Source: a virus. Taken from it: a stretch of 64,000 bases of DNA. Where the stretch lies: positions 7,299 to 71,298 of IMG/VR virus record IMGVR_UViG_3300023442_000001; one strand, 5' to 3'. Below the pieces are notes generated by a model. It was given only the letters and a program-made list of their open reading frames with translations. It had not been told where the DNA came from and searched no databases. A program made the position numbers and the translations under genes. Every line of letters begins with the position of its first letter. Position 1 is the first letter of the stretch. Of this stretch, positions 38,079 to 48,114 are shown piece after piece.

Positions 38079-38481
38079 AAAATATTTAATTGGATCAGAA
38101 GATCAATATATCGATTATGTAGGAATAATTTCTCCTTCTGGGGAATTAAGAAAAGTGACAAACCTGGAAGCTATTCTTAATTCTTGGATGAATATTCTTC
38201 GAACGCCAAAAGGCACTCATTTATATGATCCAGAATTTGGTTCAAATTTACATAAATTTATTTTTGAACCTGTGACCGAAGAAACGGCGGAAGCTATCCG
38301 TGAAGATATTTATGATTCTATAATGAATTATGATGATAGGGCATCGATTGATTCAATCGATGTCCTTTTTTTTAAAGATAGGAAAGGTTTTGTTGTGGAA
38401 ATTACGGCTAAATATGGAAATGAAACTAAAAAAATAAAAGTCCCTATTTTGGATTTAATTTATCCAACGGAGACGGCTTAA
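38053..38481 (+). CDS. baseplate wedge gp25-like protein
   Basis: NILRTPKG....DPEFGS.L..FIFEP...YDDR motif. Confidence 0.9.
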   Translation: MASKIEKFKKYLIGSEDQYIDYVGIISPSGELRKVTNLEAILNSWMNILRTPKGTHLYDPEFGSNLHKFIFEPVTEETAEAIREDIYDSIMNYDDRASIDSIDVLFFKDRKGFVVEITAKYGNETKKIKVPILDLIYPTETA

Positions 38482-38484
38482 AAA

Positions 38485-39129
38485 ATGCAGAATTATTTAC
38501 GAATATATGATTATATACATGAATATCAAAATCTTATTTATGATTATTATAGTAAACATGCGATTGCCTTTATTGTTACGTATTATAATTTAAATAAAGA
38601 CGTAACCGTATGGGATGATGATACCGTATTTAGTGGATCATATGAACGAATTGGAGATATGACAGGAATAAGATTTAATAAAATTTTAACTTTACCAGTT
38701 TTTTATATTGAAGAAATTAATACTATATTTGACGCTAGAGAAGAAGGTTATCTAAAAGATGGAGAAACGAGCTTTGTGATTCCGTCTTCATATGATTTTG
38801 TTCCATATCCAGGGGACTTTATTAAATTAGAACAATCAGTTTTAAGACCAAATAATGATATATATCCTGTTTTTATTGTAACTGGGGTTGAAAAATCTGT
38901 TAATACAGATAAAACATTTTGGAAATTAAAGGCTAAAGTCAGAGAAAGTTTGACAACGACACAATTAGATAATCAAGTTGAGAATTTATATGCTTTTGTG
39001 GAATATACCAAAAATATTCATACATATGAAGATGCTTTAATTATAGCACAATCACTTAAACGTCATGAAGAGTTAGCACAAGTTGCAAAAAATTTTTTCG
39101 ATAGAAATTCCGGATTCTATTTTATTTAG
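38485..39129 (+). CDS. virion structural protein (neck/baseplate-associated, uncertain)
   Basis: Position in the baseplate operon; beta-barrel-like P.PGDFI...F.VTGV segment. Confidence 0.45.
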   Translation: MQNYLRIYDYIHEYQNLIYDYYSKHAIAFIVTYYNLNKDVTVWDDDTVFSGSYERIGDMTGIRFNKILTLPVFYIEEINTIFDAREEGYLKDGETSFVIPSSYDFVPYPGDFIKLEQSVLRPNNDIYPVFIVTGVEKSVNTDKTFWKLKAKVRESLTTTQLDNQVENLYAFVEYTKNIHTYEDALIIAQSLKRHEELAQVAKNFFDRNSGFYFI

Positions 39130-39140
39130 GGGTATGATAC

Positions 39141-42020
39141 ATGGCCAATCAATTACCGTCTGAACAGATCTTTCTTTCAAAAGATAAGATTCGATCTGAT
39201 TTAATAGAGAAACATCTTAAAACTTATATGGAATTAGAAAATGTTGATTTAGTTGAATCTTCATTTTTATCATTTTTGGTTGACGTTTTATCAACATTAT
39301 CGTCAAATTTATTATTTTATCAATCCTCTGTATATAGAGAATTCTTTTTAACTACGGCCCAATTACCTAATTCTGTTTTTAATTTATCTAAATTTTTAGG
39401 TTATAACCCAAAAGAAGCAACGCCTGCTGAAACATCTTTATTAGTCTCTGTCCCTTTAACATTTGAAGATGATAATGTTTATTTTAAAATTCCAAGATAT
39501 GATATTAGTCTGGGTCAAACATTTAAATTTTTAGCTGGAGATATTCAATTTATTTCAACTCATGATGTTGAGGTATTTATTGAAAATCAATTGGCTAATC
39601 CTGTAGCTAAATTAAGATATACAGACGAATTAGGTAAAACATTATCATCGACAGGGCAAGTTGATTTAAATAAGAGAATTCTCTATTTTGCGGTTCCTGT
39701 AAAACAAATAGAATATAAACAGTTTGAATTTCAAGTTGACAGTGCTTTACGTGCTTTTCAGTTTTATGATATTTTTGTTTCTATTCAAGGCGATCATGTT
39801 GCGACAATTGAGGTTCAGGTAAAAGAACCGGGAAGTAATTCATATATAACTTGGCAAGAATATGATTCTCTTTATTTAATGGATTCAGATACTCGTGGAT
39901 ATATTGTTCAAAGAAAAGAAAATGGCCGACAAATTTATTTTGGGAATGACGTAATCGGAAAACAGCCACCAGCCGGATCAACAATTCTAGTGACTGTTGG
40001 ATTGACAAAAGGAAAAGCTGGAAATGTTATCAAGGGAACAATCAATAGAGGAGATACTCTTTATCATACAGAAATAACAATAAATGGAATTACGTATAAT
40101 TCAAGTATACCGTCCGATAGAGTTAAAATTGTTTCATATTCTGTAACGAATCCAAATGCTGCTCAATTTGGTGATGACGAAGAATCTCTAGAAGATATTA
40201 GAAAAAATGCATTAAATAATCTGACGGCTTCACAAAGACTTGTTTCGTATAATGATTTTTTAAACCTTTCATCTGTGCTTCCAAACTTGGATACAAATTT
40301 ATTAAAGAATACGACTCCGATTTTGAAAAAATCTGATGCGCGTATTAATGAAATTCAATTATTTAATGTTCTGAAATATAATAATGAAATTATTCCTATT
40401 CGTAATTTATTTACGACAAAGCCAGCCGGTGTTGAAACAATTCAAAGATTTGAAATAATTTCAGATGGTGAAAAAGATTATTATTCTATGTTTGATATCG
40501 AATGGCAAGAAGAAGAGTATGTGGCAGGTGTTTCCAGCCATATGGCAAATTATGTTTATTATGTAGATTCATATACTGCGACTCCCAATGTTGAAAATTC
40601 TTATAACCCAACGAACTATAGCGTTTATCCTGTTAATTTTAATATTGTTACGGATCGAACCACTAAAGAGGCAACCGTAATTTTTGAATATTTTTCTTCG
40701 GAAAAAGATACTGATCATGAATTAAATCCGTTTATCGATGGAACTGACCATCTCAGAATATATTGTGACATGACGATTGTAAATAATGGTCAAACATTGC
40801 GTATGGAACGTGTTAAAGATAGTTATACTGTTGATATAGGTCAACAAAATGATTCTATTATTACAATACTTGAAAATATTTCATCGACGACTCCATCTTC
40901 GGGTTATATAGAATTGACAAATGGAGCTGAGACGGTTTATTTTAAATATAAAAGTAAAAATGATACGTTAAAACAGTTTACTTTAGAGAATGGGGTAACA
41001 TTAGATAAAGATTATGCGGGATATACGTTGAATATCATAACAAATGATTATAAATTTATTTTGTCTGGGCTCGCTAAAGAACGTTTCGAAGAGGGACCGG
41101 TTACATTATCTTTTTCTCTTTATCATCCAGCTCTTGATACTTCCCGGTCATTATTGACAGCAACAGTTGGGTTCACTTTTAAAAAACAATTATCAACCGT
41201 TATGAAAAGTAATATGAAAATTGGGACCGGAGCTACAATTTATGATATCCCTTGTATTGAAAAAGTTTATTACGATAATCTTGTAGCGCAAGGAGAAAAA
41301 GAACTTTTTGAAAGTATTGTTATGCAGACTTTTGTCAATTCATTAAATCTTGATAATTATAGGATGCTAACTGATTTTACAAATATTAAATTTACGAATA
41401 CGACTGGAAAAATTAAAAATATGGCGTTTAATGAAGTAACGAAAACAATTGAGAGTCGTTCTTTAACTTCCGTTCCAAATCCTACAACAAATACTGGTAA
41501 AGCATATATTGTGAACGGAAGAGAATCTGGTGATTGGAATCCAGGGACACCAAATACGTTCTATACCGATTATATAGCGATATCAGATGGATCAACTTGG
41601 CTTTTTATTGAACCGAAATTAGATATGGTTGTATACATAAATGATGAATCTATCAAATTAACATATTCTGAAGCTGGCTGGCTTACGACAAATAATTATG
41701 AAATTCCCTTACGAATTGTTTGTGATGTATATCCAAAAAGCACATATACGGGAGATCCATTAAAATTAGTTGACGAAATTAAAGAAACATTAATTTCTGC
41801 ATTTGAAGATCGTTTCGGAGGGGATATTACAATACATAGATCTGAAATTATCGACGTTATTCATAATGTTGAAGATGTTAGTCATGTTCAATTGATTGAG
41901 CCAAGAACTTCGATTTTTTTCAATTATGATTTGCGTTCTCTAACTCAAGATGAACTTTTGAAATATGGGCCAGAATACGTCTATTTTAATAAAGATTCTA
42001 TCTTCATTAGGATTAGATAA
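39141..42020 (+). CDS. baseplate wedge protein (T4 gp6-like)
   Basis: EFFLTTAQ..NSV....KFLGY.P, IYFGNDVIGK.P, T.G..GN, G.DEESLEDIR...QRLVS..D motifs. Confidence 0.85.
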   Translation: MANQLPSEQIFLSKDKIRSDLIEKHLKTYMELENVDLVESSFLSFLVDVLSTLSSNLLFYQSSVYREFFLTTAQLPNSVFNLSKFLGYNPKEATPAETSLLVSVPLTFEDDNVYFKIPRYDISLGQTFKFLAGDIQFISTHDVEVFIENQLANPVAKLRYTDELGKTLSSTGQVDLNKRILYFAVPVKQIEYKQFEFQVDSALRAFQFYDIFVSIQGDHVATIEVQVKEPGSNSYITWQEYDSLYLMDSDTRGYIVQRKENGRQIYFGNDVIGKQPPAGSTILVTVGLTKGKAGNVIKGTINRGDTLYHTEITINGITYNSSIPSDRVKIVSYSVTNPNAAQFGDDEESLEDIRKNALNNLTASQRLVSYNDFLNLSSVLPNLDTNLLKNTTPILKKSDARINEIQLFNVLKYNNEIIPIRNLFTTKPAGVETIQRFEIISDGEKDYYSMFDIEWQEEEYVAGVSSHMANYVYYVDSYTATPNVENSYNPTNYSVYPVNFNIVTDRTTKEATVIFEYFSSEKDTDHELNPFIDGTDHLRIYCDMTIVNNGQTLRMERVKDSYTVDIGQQNDSIITILENISSTTPSSGYIELTNGAETVYFKYKSKNDTLKQFTLENGVTLDKDYAGYTLNIITNDYKFILSGLAKERFEEGPVTLSFSLYHPALDTSRSLLTATVGFTFKKQLSTVMKSNMKIGTGATIYDIPCIEKVYYDNLVAQGEKELFESIVMQTFVNSLNLDNYRMLTDFTNIKFTNTTGKIKNMAFNEVTKTIESRSLTSVPNPTTNTGKAYIVNGRESGDWNPGTPNTFYTDYIAISDGSTWLFIEPKLDMVVYINDESIKLTYSEAGWLTTNNYEIPLRIVCDVYPKSTYTGDPLKLVDEIKETLISAFEDRFGGDITIHRSEIIDVIHNVEDVSHVQLIEPRTSIFFNYDLRSLTQDELLKYGPEYVYFNKDSIFIRIR

Positions 42021-42022
42021 TC

Positions 42023-43144
42023 ATGTTGATAGATAAAGAATCAATTAATTTTAGAGATCTAGAGCGTTTAATTTTAAAGATTTCTGCCAATGAATTGTCT
42101 AGATTGAATGAACCCTGTTATTATCCAAGTCTGAAAATTGGATTTTATGAATTGTTAGATAAAGTTAGACTTACTGAAACGGATGTGAAACGTTATACGA
42201 AAACATATTGGGAGGGAATGCCAGAAAAAAATTGGAAATTACATAATGATCCTATTTCAATTTTTATGATTGAGTTGATGGGAACATTTTTAGATGCGAA
42301 AAGAGAGATAGGATATAATTCTTTAATCCTTCTTTATATGATCCGTATTTATACGAATTTGATGAATAAACAAATTAAATTTTGTAATAAAGATGTTTTC
42401 AAATATACATTAGAGCATATGAATAAAACTCATTTATTTGTACGCGAAGGGTCGATTCCAAATGCTATTTATTTTATGACGAAAATTTTAGCCAAAAAAT
42501 ATAGAAATGATATTTTAAATAATAATAAAAAAGGTATTTCCAAGTTCATTACTGAATCTCGTCATCGTATTTCACAAAGTGTTAAAAGTTTTGCTGAAAC
42601 ATATTATAAATTTCATAAAGAAGGTAAACAATTTGGGGAACTAAAAGATACATATGAAGTAGATGAAGAAGGAAGTGTGATTCAAACAGGAACGCCAGAA
42701 ACCGCCAAAGAGACTATTTTTATAGACAAAATTTTAATTGATATCATAGCATATAAAAGCGTGGAAGATAGAATATTATCTGAGGCAAAAAGATTAGCTG
42801 GAATTACAGATGAATGGGTTTTAATTTTTAAAGAAAATATGTTTGATGTTGATACTAGAGAATATTTAAGAAGAATTATGTTTGTCTTTTTAAAGAAATT
42901 AACTAGTATTCGTGAATTATGTTCACGACAATATTATGATATAATCAAACAGTTAATGTTTATTAAAAAAAGTACCGAATTGGTTTATTTTAAAAAAGAA
43001 GTAATTGAATTTACTAATTATATTATTAAAAAGGCAAAAAAGGAATCCGAATTCCTTCGTTTATCAAAAGCAAATCGTTACCGTATTTATTATTTTGTAG
43101 CTTATGTTGTCACATTAATTCTTAGGAAGAAGATGTGCCGGTAA
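42023..43144 (+). CDS. hypothetical all-helical basic protein
   Basis: 373-aa ORF ending the plus-strand run; no family recognised. Confidence 0.6.
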   Translation: MLIDKESINFRDLERLILKISANELSRLNEPCYYPSLKIGFYELLDKVRLTETDVKRYTKTYWEGMPEKNWKLHNDPISIFMIELMGTFLDAKREIGYNSLILLYMIRIYTNLMNKQIKFCNKDVFKYTLEHMNKTHLFVREGSIPNAIYFMTKILAKKYRNDILNNNKKGISKFITESRHRISQSVKSFAETYYKFHKEGKQFGELKDTYEVDEEGSVIQTGTPETAKETIFIDKILIDIIAYKSVEDRILSEAKRLAGITDEWVLIFKENMFDVDTREYLRRIMFVFLKKLTSIRELCSRQYYDIIKQLMFIKKSTELVYFKKEVIEFTNYIIKKAKKESEFLRLSKANRYRIYYFVAYVVTLILRKKMCR

Positions 43145-44243
43145 AAGATAAAGTTTGAAAAACATTTTGAGCATCTTCAGAAACTCTGGGTTCGACTGTT
43201 TCTATATTAGATGATGATTCTTGTAATGGTGCAAGATTTCCACTATTTGTCGTTTCTCCTTCTTGAGTTTCAGATTGACTTGAAGTTAAATAATTATATG
43301 CAGGTTTATCTTCTTCCATATTATCCAAATAACTTTTTAAAGTTGTCCTTCCCGGAAGATCAATATTCCCGCCTATCATACTTGAATATAAACTATTAAA
43401 ATCGATTCTAACGTCCACAATGCCCATTCTCTGGTTCTTTCCGATCTGCTGCTGGTCTCCCCCTTTGATGACCGTAATGTTCGATATAAAGGCTCCTCGT
43501 AGCTCCCAGATACCTTTTACTTTAACCTTGTGGACAAATGGCCAGCTATATGAAAATCCATCTTCTGTTAATGGGATTCCTAATAATAATAGAGCGGCTA
43601 ACGGCCCTATAATATATTTTTTTGTAGATTCCGTATCTCCCGGTTTAGGATTATATAATCGTATTGTCATTGTGTATGAAGGTTGAAAACTACTATTTGC
43701 CCATAAGAGTGGGAAATCTAATCGAGCCCCAGCTAATGTTGCATCTAATGTTTTTGTAAGATTTCCAATGATTCCCTGACCTAAAGGTTGTAAGGCTTGT
43801 TTAATTCCTTTTTCAACTTTATTAATCAAAGGCTGAGCTTGATTTGGAATCAATCTTTTTAAAAGATTGACAGCATCTGTTGCGGTACGAGTCCCCATCA
43901 TTTGAGCGACTGAGGATACTCCAAAAGATGCTGTTTCTTGTAACCTACTTAAAAAACTAGCTTGATATTCATTCGAAAAGGCATCCGACGGAAAATTATC
44001 CGCTAAAAATGCCACCTTCAAAGGTCCTTGTGAATTAGATATTGTAAATCCATGTGATGCTAAAAGATCAGAATATTTACTCCAAACATTTGCTAAATAA
44101 AAAGACGCTCCATTATTCGTGTTTAATCTCGATCTAAGTTCAGACGGTTTAATTTCGGCTATTGGAAAACTGGATTCCATAACCTTATCGCTTTGATATG
44201 TAGATGGAGGTAAACCAATAATATCAGGTATTACGATGGCCAT
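43122..44243 (-). CDS. putative baseplate tail-tube initiator/cap protein
   Basis: P.LW..S.F.PSY.MTIRL...I.NITV.KGG...VDVRIDF tube-like fold; follows the tape-measure-like gene. Confidence 0.5.
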   Translation of the reverse strand: MAIVIPDIIGLPPSTYQSDKVMESSFPIAEIKPSELRSRLNTNNGASFYLANVWSKYSDLLASHGFTISNSQGPLKVAFLADNFPSDAFSNEYQASFLSRLQETASFGVSSVAQMMGTRTATDAVNLLKRLIPNQAQPLINKVEKGIKQALQPLGQGIIGNLTKTLDATLAGARLDFPLLWANSSFQPSYTMTIRLYNPKPGDTESTKKYIIGPLAALLLLGIPLTEDGFSYSWPFVHKVKVKGIWELRGAFISNITVIKGGDQQQIGKNQRMGIVDVRIDFNSLYSSMIGGNIDLPGRTTLKSYLDNMEEDKPAYNYLTSSQSETQEGETTNSGNLAPLQESSSNIETVEPRVSEDAQNVFQTLSFTGTSSS

Positions 44244-47197
44244 TAGAATAATTCTCCGCTTAATATTTTCTGAACATATGGGCTAGCAGCTTCTATCATT
44301 TGATCAAACCAACCCATGGCTTTTTCTTTACCTTGATTTACGATGTTTTGCAGATTTTCAGTATTAAAATTTGAAATTTGAATCATAGTAGATTCTAATG
44401 CTTTTTGGAAAGCTTCTCTTCCCTGTTTAGCTTGTTCTTCTAGATTTTTCATAATCTTATTAATATTTTCTTCATTTAACCCTCTCGATCTAAGTTCTTT
44501 CATAATCTCTGCTCTAATAACAGCTTCTTTATCTTTATATATGTCGAACATTTCTTTAGCTTTAACATTTCCAGTATCTTTCAAGCCCATAACTTTTTGT
44601 AAAAATTCTTGACTTTCAGTTCTCGCTACTGATTTTAATTCAGAATATTTATCTTTTAACAATCGTAATTTTTCTGCATCGAACTTATCCATGATTTTCA
44701 TATATTGTCGCATGACTTCCGGCTTCATAGAATTATAATAAGCTAAAGCAGCCTCTGTTGTTATTCCATATTTTTTTGCAAAATCATTTACTAATTTTCT
44801 ACCTTCAGTTGATAATTCTGTTAATTTTTTGTGGCCCAAACCTACCATTGCTGTTGTCTTGTCTTTGACATTTTCTACTGTTTTCTTTACATCATATAGT
44901 GTATCTTTAACAATTTTTTTATTTTCCATAGCTAAATCAATAATTGTGCCTTTCTGACGTAAATAATCTAGAAATGCCTGTTCACGGGCTTTTCCATATC
45001 CTTCAGGGTTTAATCTTGGATCGGGCCAACCATAATGTTTTTTCCAACCAATTTCTTTCCAAAATTGTTTTCTAAGTTTACTAACTTGTTCCGCCCCATA
45101 CATAGCATAAATTTCACTATTTCTTAACATTATTTCTTCTTGGGCTTTCGAAATTAAATGTGCAACATCGGCTGTGAACCATCCATATGTTTCTTTGATC
45201 CATGACATATCTCGCATTTTAAATTGATTTCGAATATCTAAAAATCTTAAAGCTAATTGATCACCACCTCGAACTTTTTCTAAAACTTTGTTTCCTATTT
45301 CTGATGTCCGGTTTTGCATTTCCTTATATTGTTCATCAATTCGTTTATTACGTTTATCCATCCATGGTTGAATAAATTTATCATTGATCCAAGATCCAAT
45401 GGCAGTTCCGATTGAGCCCGATATAATTAATGGCATCACTTCTGGAATAAAGCCTGCAATTGTCGATCCCATAGATTTTACAGCGGAACTGGCAAAAATG
45501 GCTGTGGCACCTTGAATGACGAAATCTTTAACACCTCCAATAAATGATGTAATGGTATCTTTAATTCCTGATAAGAAAGAACCTGCTAAATTCTTTAGAG
45601 TAAAAAATGAATTTTTTATAAAATCCCATATGGCTCTAACTTTTTGGCGTTTTGTTTCTGAAATATATGTATCCGCTACTAGCGTTATTTTTTTAGAAAT
45701 ATGTTCTAATTGTAAAGCTGCTACTTCACTAAAATATGCCGTGGCAAACGTAGAAATACGTTCCCCTTCTGGAATTCTTAACAAAGCACGAGTCGTTAAT
45801 TTTAATTTCTTTTCTCCGGCTTTATACGCATGTCCTAATAACCCGAAAGCTCTTCCTAATGGAACTCCGACTGTTCGGCCTAATAATTTTTTAGTCCCTG
45901 CCCCAATTAAGGTTCCTATATCTTCAACCATCCAAGCGGGAGCCTGTTTTCCTCGTTTCTGAAAAGCCGCTTCAATCCATCTGGTAACGACAGATACTTT
46001 ATTTCTCTTTTCGAGTAATTGTTCTGGATAATCTCTTCCAGTAATGGCAGCCGCCATATCTCTTAACGGAAAATACATATTATAAATATAATTTTTAATA
46101 TTTTCTAATTGCCACATAAGGCCAGTATAAATAAGATGAAGTGTTTGAATTTGGTTTTGCACAGGATGATTCGTTCTGGGTAAATCATTGGCAAACATAG
46201 GTCTCTGACGAATTAATCCAAATAACGTTAATTTTCCAAAACCAACACTCTGCTTAAAAAACCATGCACCAAAGCGGAAAAAAATATGATTTTCTAATGT
46301 GGTTTCTAATGCATTTTGAAATTGTTTAAAAAAAGTAATTTGTCCAGCCAATGCTAGTTTAATGGATCTTAAATAATTCTCCTGATAATTTTTAAAATTT
46401 CTAATAAAATCCATAAATATATTAGTTTTCTTTGACTCTTCTTCTACAAAAGAACGTAGATTCATATATTGAAGACGTAATCCTTCACTTAATGTTCTTG
46501 ATACAACTCCAGATTGTTCCTGTGCCCGTTTATTAATTTCAGCCATTGCTTTTTCCACCGGCATAATAACTTCTGCCGGATGGACATTCACCATTCCTCC
46601 TTTTGTAACATATCCCCCAACTTGCAGGCTTGGAATTTTAAACATCTTTTTTAAATTTAATTTACCACCAAAAATATCTTTTATTTTTGAAAATCCACCT
46701 TTAAATATATCTGCTATTCCAGCGGCAATACTTCCAAACATAGAAGAAACTTTTTCTTTGACACTTTCAGCAATTTTTCTAAATGTTGGCGTTTCAAAAA
46801 ATTTCCCAATAAAATAACCAAACACTGGAGATATATTTCTAAACATCTGTGCAGCAATAGCTTGTTTATTAAAACTAATATCTTCAGAGATTACGTTTTT
46901 TATTTCGTTTGCTGTATCAGCTAAAGCTTTAATTGATCCTTTTGTCAATTCAGTTGTCTGTTTTAAGGATTCTCTCGTAATTGTTTCAGTAGCTTTAATC
47001 ATACGAACCATCAGTCTATTCACATTATTGACAAGATCTGATGATTCCTTTTTCATGGTTTTTAATTCTTTTATTTTTTTAGCTTCATCTGTTTTTGGAA
47101 CTTTTTCTAATAATGACTTAGATGGATTTATCTGACGCAATCGCTGATCAGCATTTTTTTCCATCAAATTAACTATCTGTTTCGTTGTCTTTGCCAT
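44243..47197 (-). CDS. tape-measure-like protein
   Basis: 984-aa helical/coiled-coil protein with the PSLQVGGYV..GG...VHPAEVIMP motif often found in tape-measure proteins. Confidence 0.65.
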   Translation of the reverse strand: MAKTTKQIVNLMEKNADQRLRQINPSKSLLEKVPKTDEAKKIKELKTMKKESSDLVNNVNRLMVRMIKATETITRESLKQTTELTKGSIKALADTANEIKNVISEDISFNKQAIAAQMFRNISPVFGYFIGKFFETPTFRKIAESVKEKVSSMFGSIAAGIADIFKGGFSKIKDIFGGKLNLKKMFKIPSLQVGGYVTKGGMVNVHPAEVIMPVEKAMAEINKRAQEQSGVVSRTLSEGLRLQYMNLRSFVEEESKKTNIFMDFIRNFKNYQENYLRSIKLALAGQITFFKQFQNALETTLENHIFFRFGAWFFKQSVGFGKLTLFGLIRQRPMFANDLPRTNHPVQNQIQTLHLIYTGLMWQLENIKNYIYNMYFPLRDMAAAITGRDYPEQLLEKRNKVSVVTRWIEAAFQKRGKQAPAWMVEDIGTLIGAGTKKLLGRTVGVPLGRAFGLLGHAYKAGEKKLKLTTRALLRIPEGERISTFATAYFSEVAALQLEHISKKITLVADTYISETKRQKVRAIWDFIKNSFFTLKNLAGSFLSGIKDTITSFIGGVKDFVIQGATAIFASSAVKSMGSTIAGFIPEVMPLIISGSIGTAIGSWINDKFIQPWMDKRNKRIDEQYKEMQNRTSEIGNKVLEKVRGGDQLALRFLDIRNQFKMRDMSWIKETYGWFTADVAHLISKAQEEIMLRNSEIYAMYGAEQVSKLRKQFWKEIGWKKHYGWPDPRLNPEGYGKAREQAFLDYLRQKGTIIDLAMENKKIVKDTLYDVKKTVENVKDKTTAMVGLGHKKLTELSTEGRKLVNDFAKKYGITTEAALAYYNSMKPEVMRQYMKIMDKFDAEKLRLLKDKYSELKSVARTESQEFLQKVMGLKDTGNVKAKEMFDIYKDKEAVIRAEIMKELRSRGLNEENINKIMKNLEEQAKQGREAFQKALESTMIQISNFNTENLQNIVNQGKEKAMGWFDQMIEAASPYVQKILSGELF

Positions 47198-47199
47198 TG

Positions 47200-48114
47200 T
47201 TATGGATTCCTATTTTTAACTAAGGTTTTTAAAGCAAGAATGACTAACCTGTCATTTGGATTGGATTCTGCTAAAATAGCAAGAACTTCAGAAGGAGCCC
47301 ATAATTCTTGTATGAAAAAAATTCCACTTGCTGGAGTAATCCCAAGCTTGTTATAAGCTTTCTTTACCGAATTATAAAAAGATATAAATGCATTATCTAA
47401 ATTTAAACTTTCCCCTTTAAGAAGAAAATCTTCTATAATGGAATCTTGTATATATTCAATCATAAATTTCATGTCTCTTGATTCAAATAAAGGATAAACT
47501 CTTTTTTTCCATCCATCCTTACCTAATTTTTTAAAATTTCCTTTTCTCTCTATATCATAGTATATGAATCTTATGAAATCATTTAATGCTTTTTTATTTG
47601 TAATTATTTCTTCTGCAAGATTTTCAAATAAATTTTGATAAAAAACTAATAATGGTTTTTGAAAATATTTTAATATATCTATTTTAGATGAATACATATG
47701 CATTAATTCATGTAATAAAATTTTTCCAACAAAATCATCATCTGTAAATCCCAAAAAATTTGTCATTTTTTCAATAAAAATAAAAATTTTATCATCTAAT
47801 AAACTAAATAATGCTAAGGCATTTTTTGCATTTCTTATATCATTTGGTGGATAATTTTTAATCTTATGAACTAATTTATCTATAAAATTTTTATCCCTAT
47901 AAACAGGAAGAATAATGCCTTTTTGTATTAATTCAATAATGGGTGTATTTAAATTATTTTTCTGAAAAAAATCAGATTCATCTACCATTTTTATAAAACG
48001 TTGCACTAACGTTTGATTTGTATATAATGTTCCAACAGATGCTTTGATAGGTATATTTTTTGTTAAAGGTGTTTTCGCCCAAAATTCAGATATATAAGAT
48101 GATTTATTTTCCAT
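47200..48114 (-). CDS. zincin-like metallopeptidase (HExxH)
   Basis: LLHELMHMY with a distal Glu (SEVLA). Confidence 0.6.
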   Translation of the reverse strand: MENKSSYISEFWAKTPLTKNIPIKASVGTLYTNQTLVQRFIKMVDESDFFQKNNLNTPIIELIQKGIILPVYRDKNFIDKLVHKIKNYPPNDIRNAKNALALFSLLDDKIFIFIEKMTNFLGFTDDDFVGKILLHELMHMYSSKIDILKYFQKPLLVFYQNLFENLAEEIITNKKALNDFIRFIYYDIERKGNFKKLGKDGWKKRVYPLFESRDMKFMIEYIQDSIIEDFLLKGESLNLDNAFISFYNSVKKAYNKLGITPASGIFFIQELWAPSEVLAILAESNPNDRLVILALKTLVKNRNP

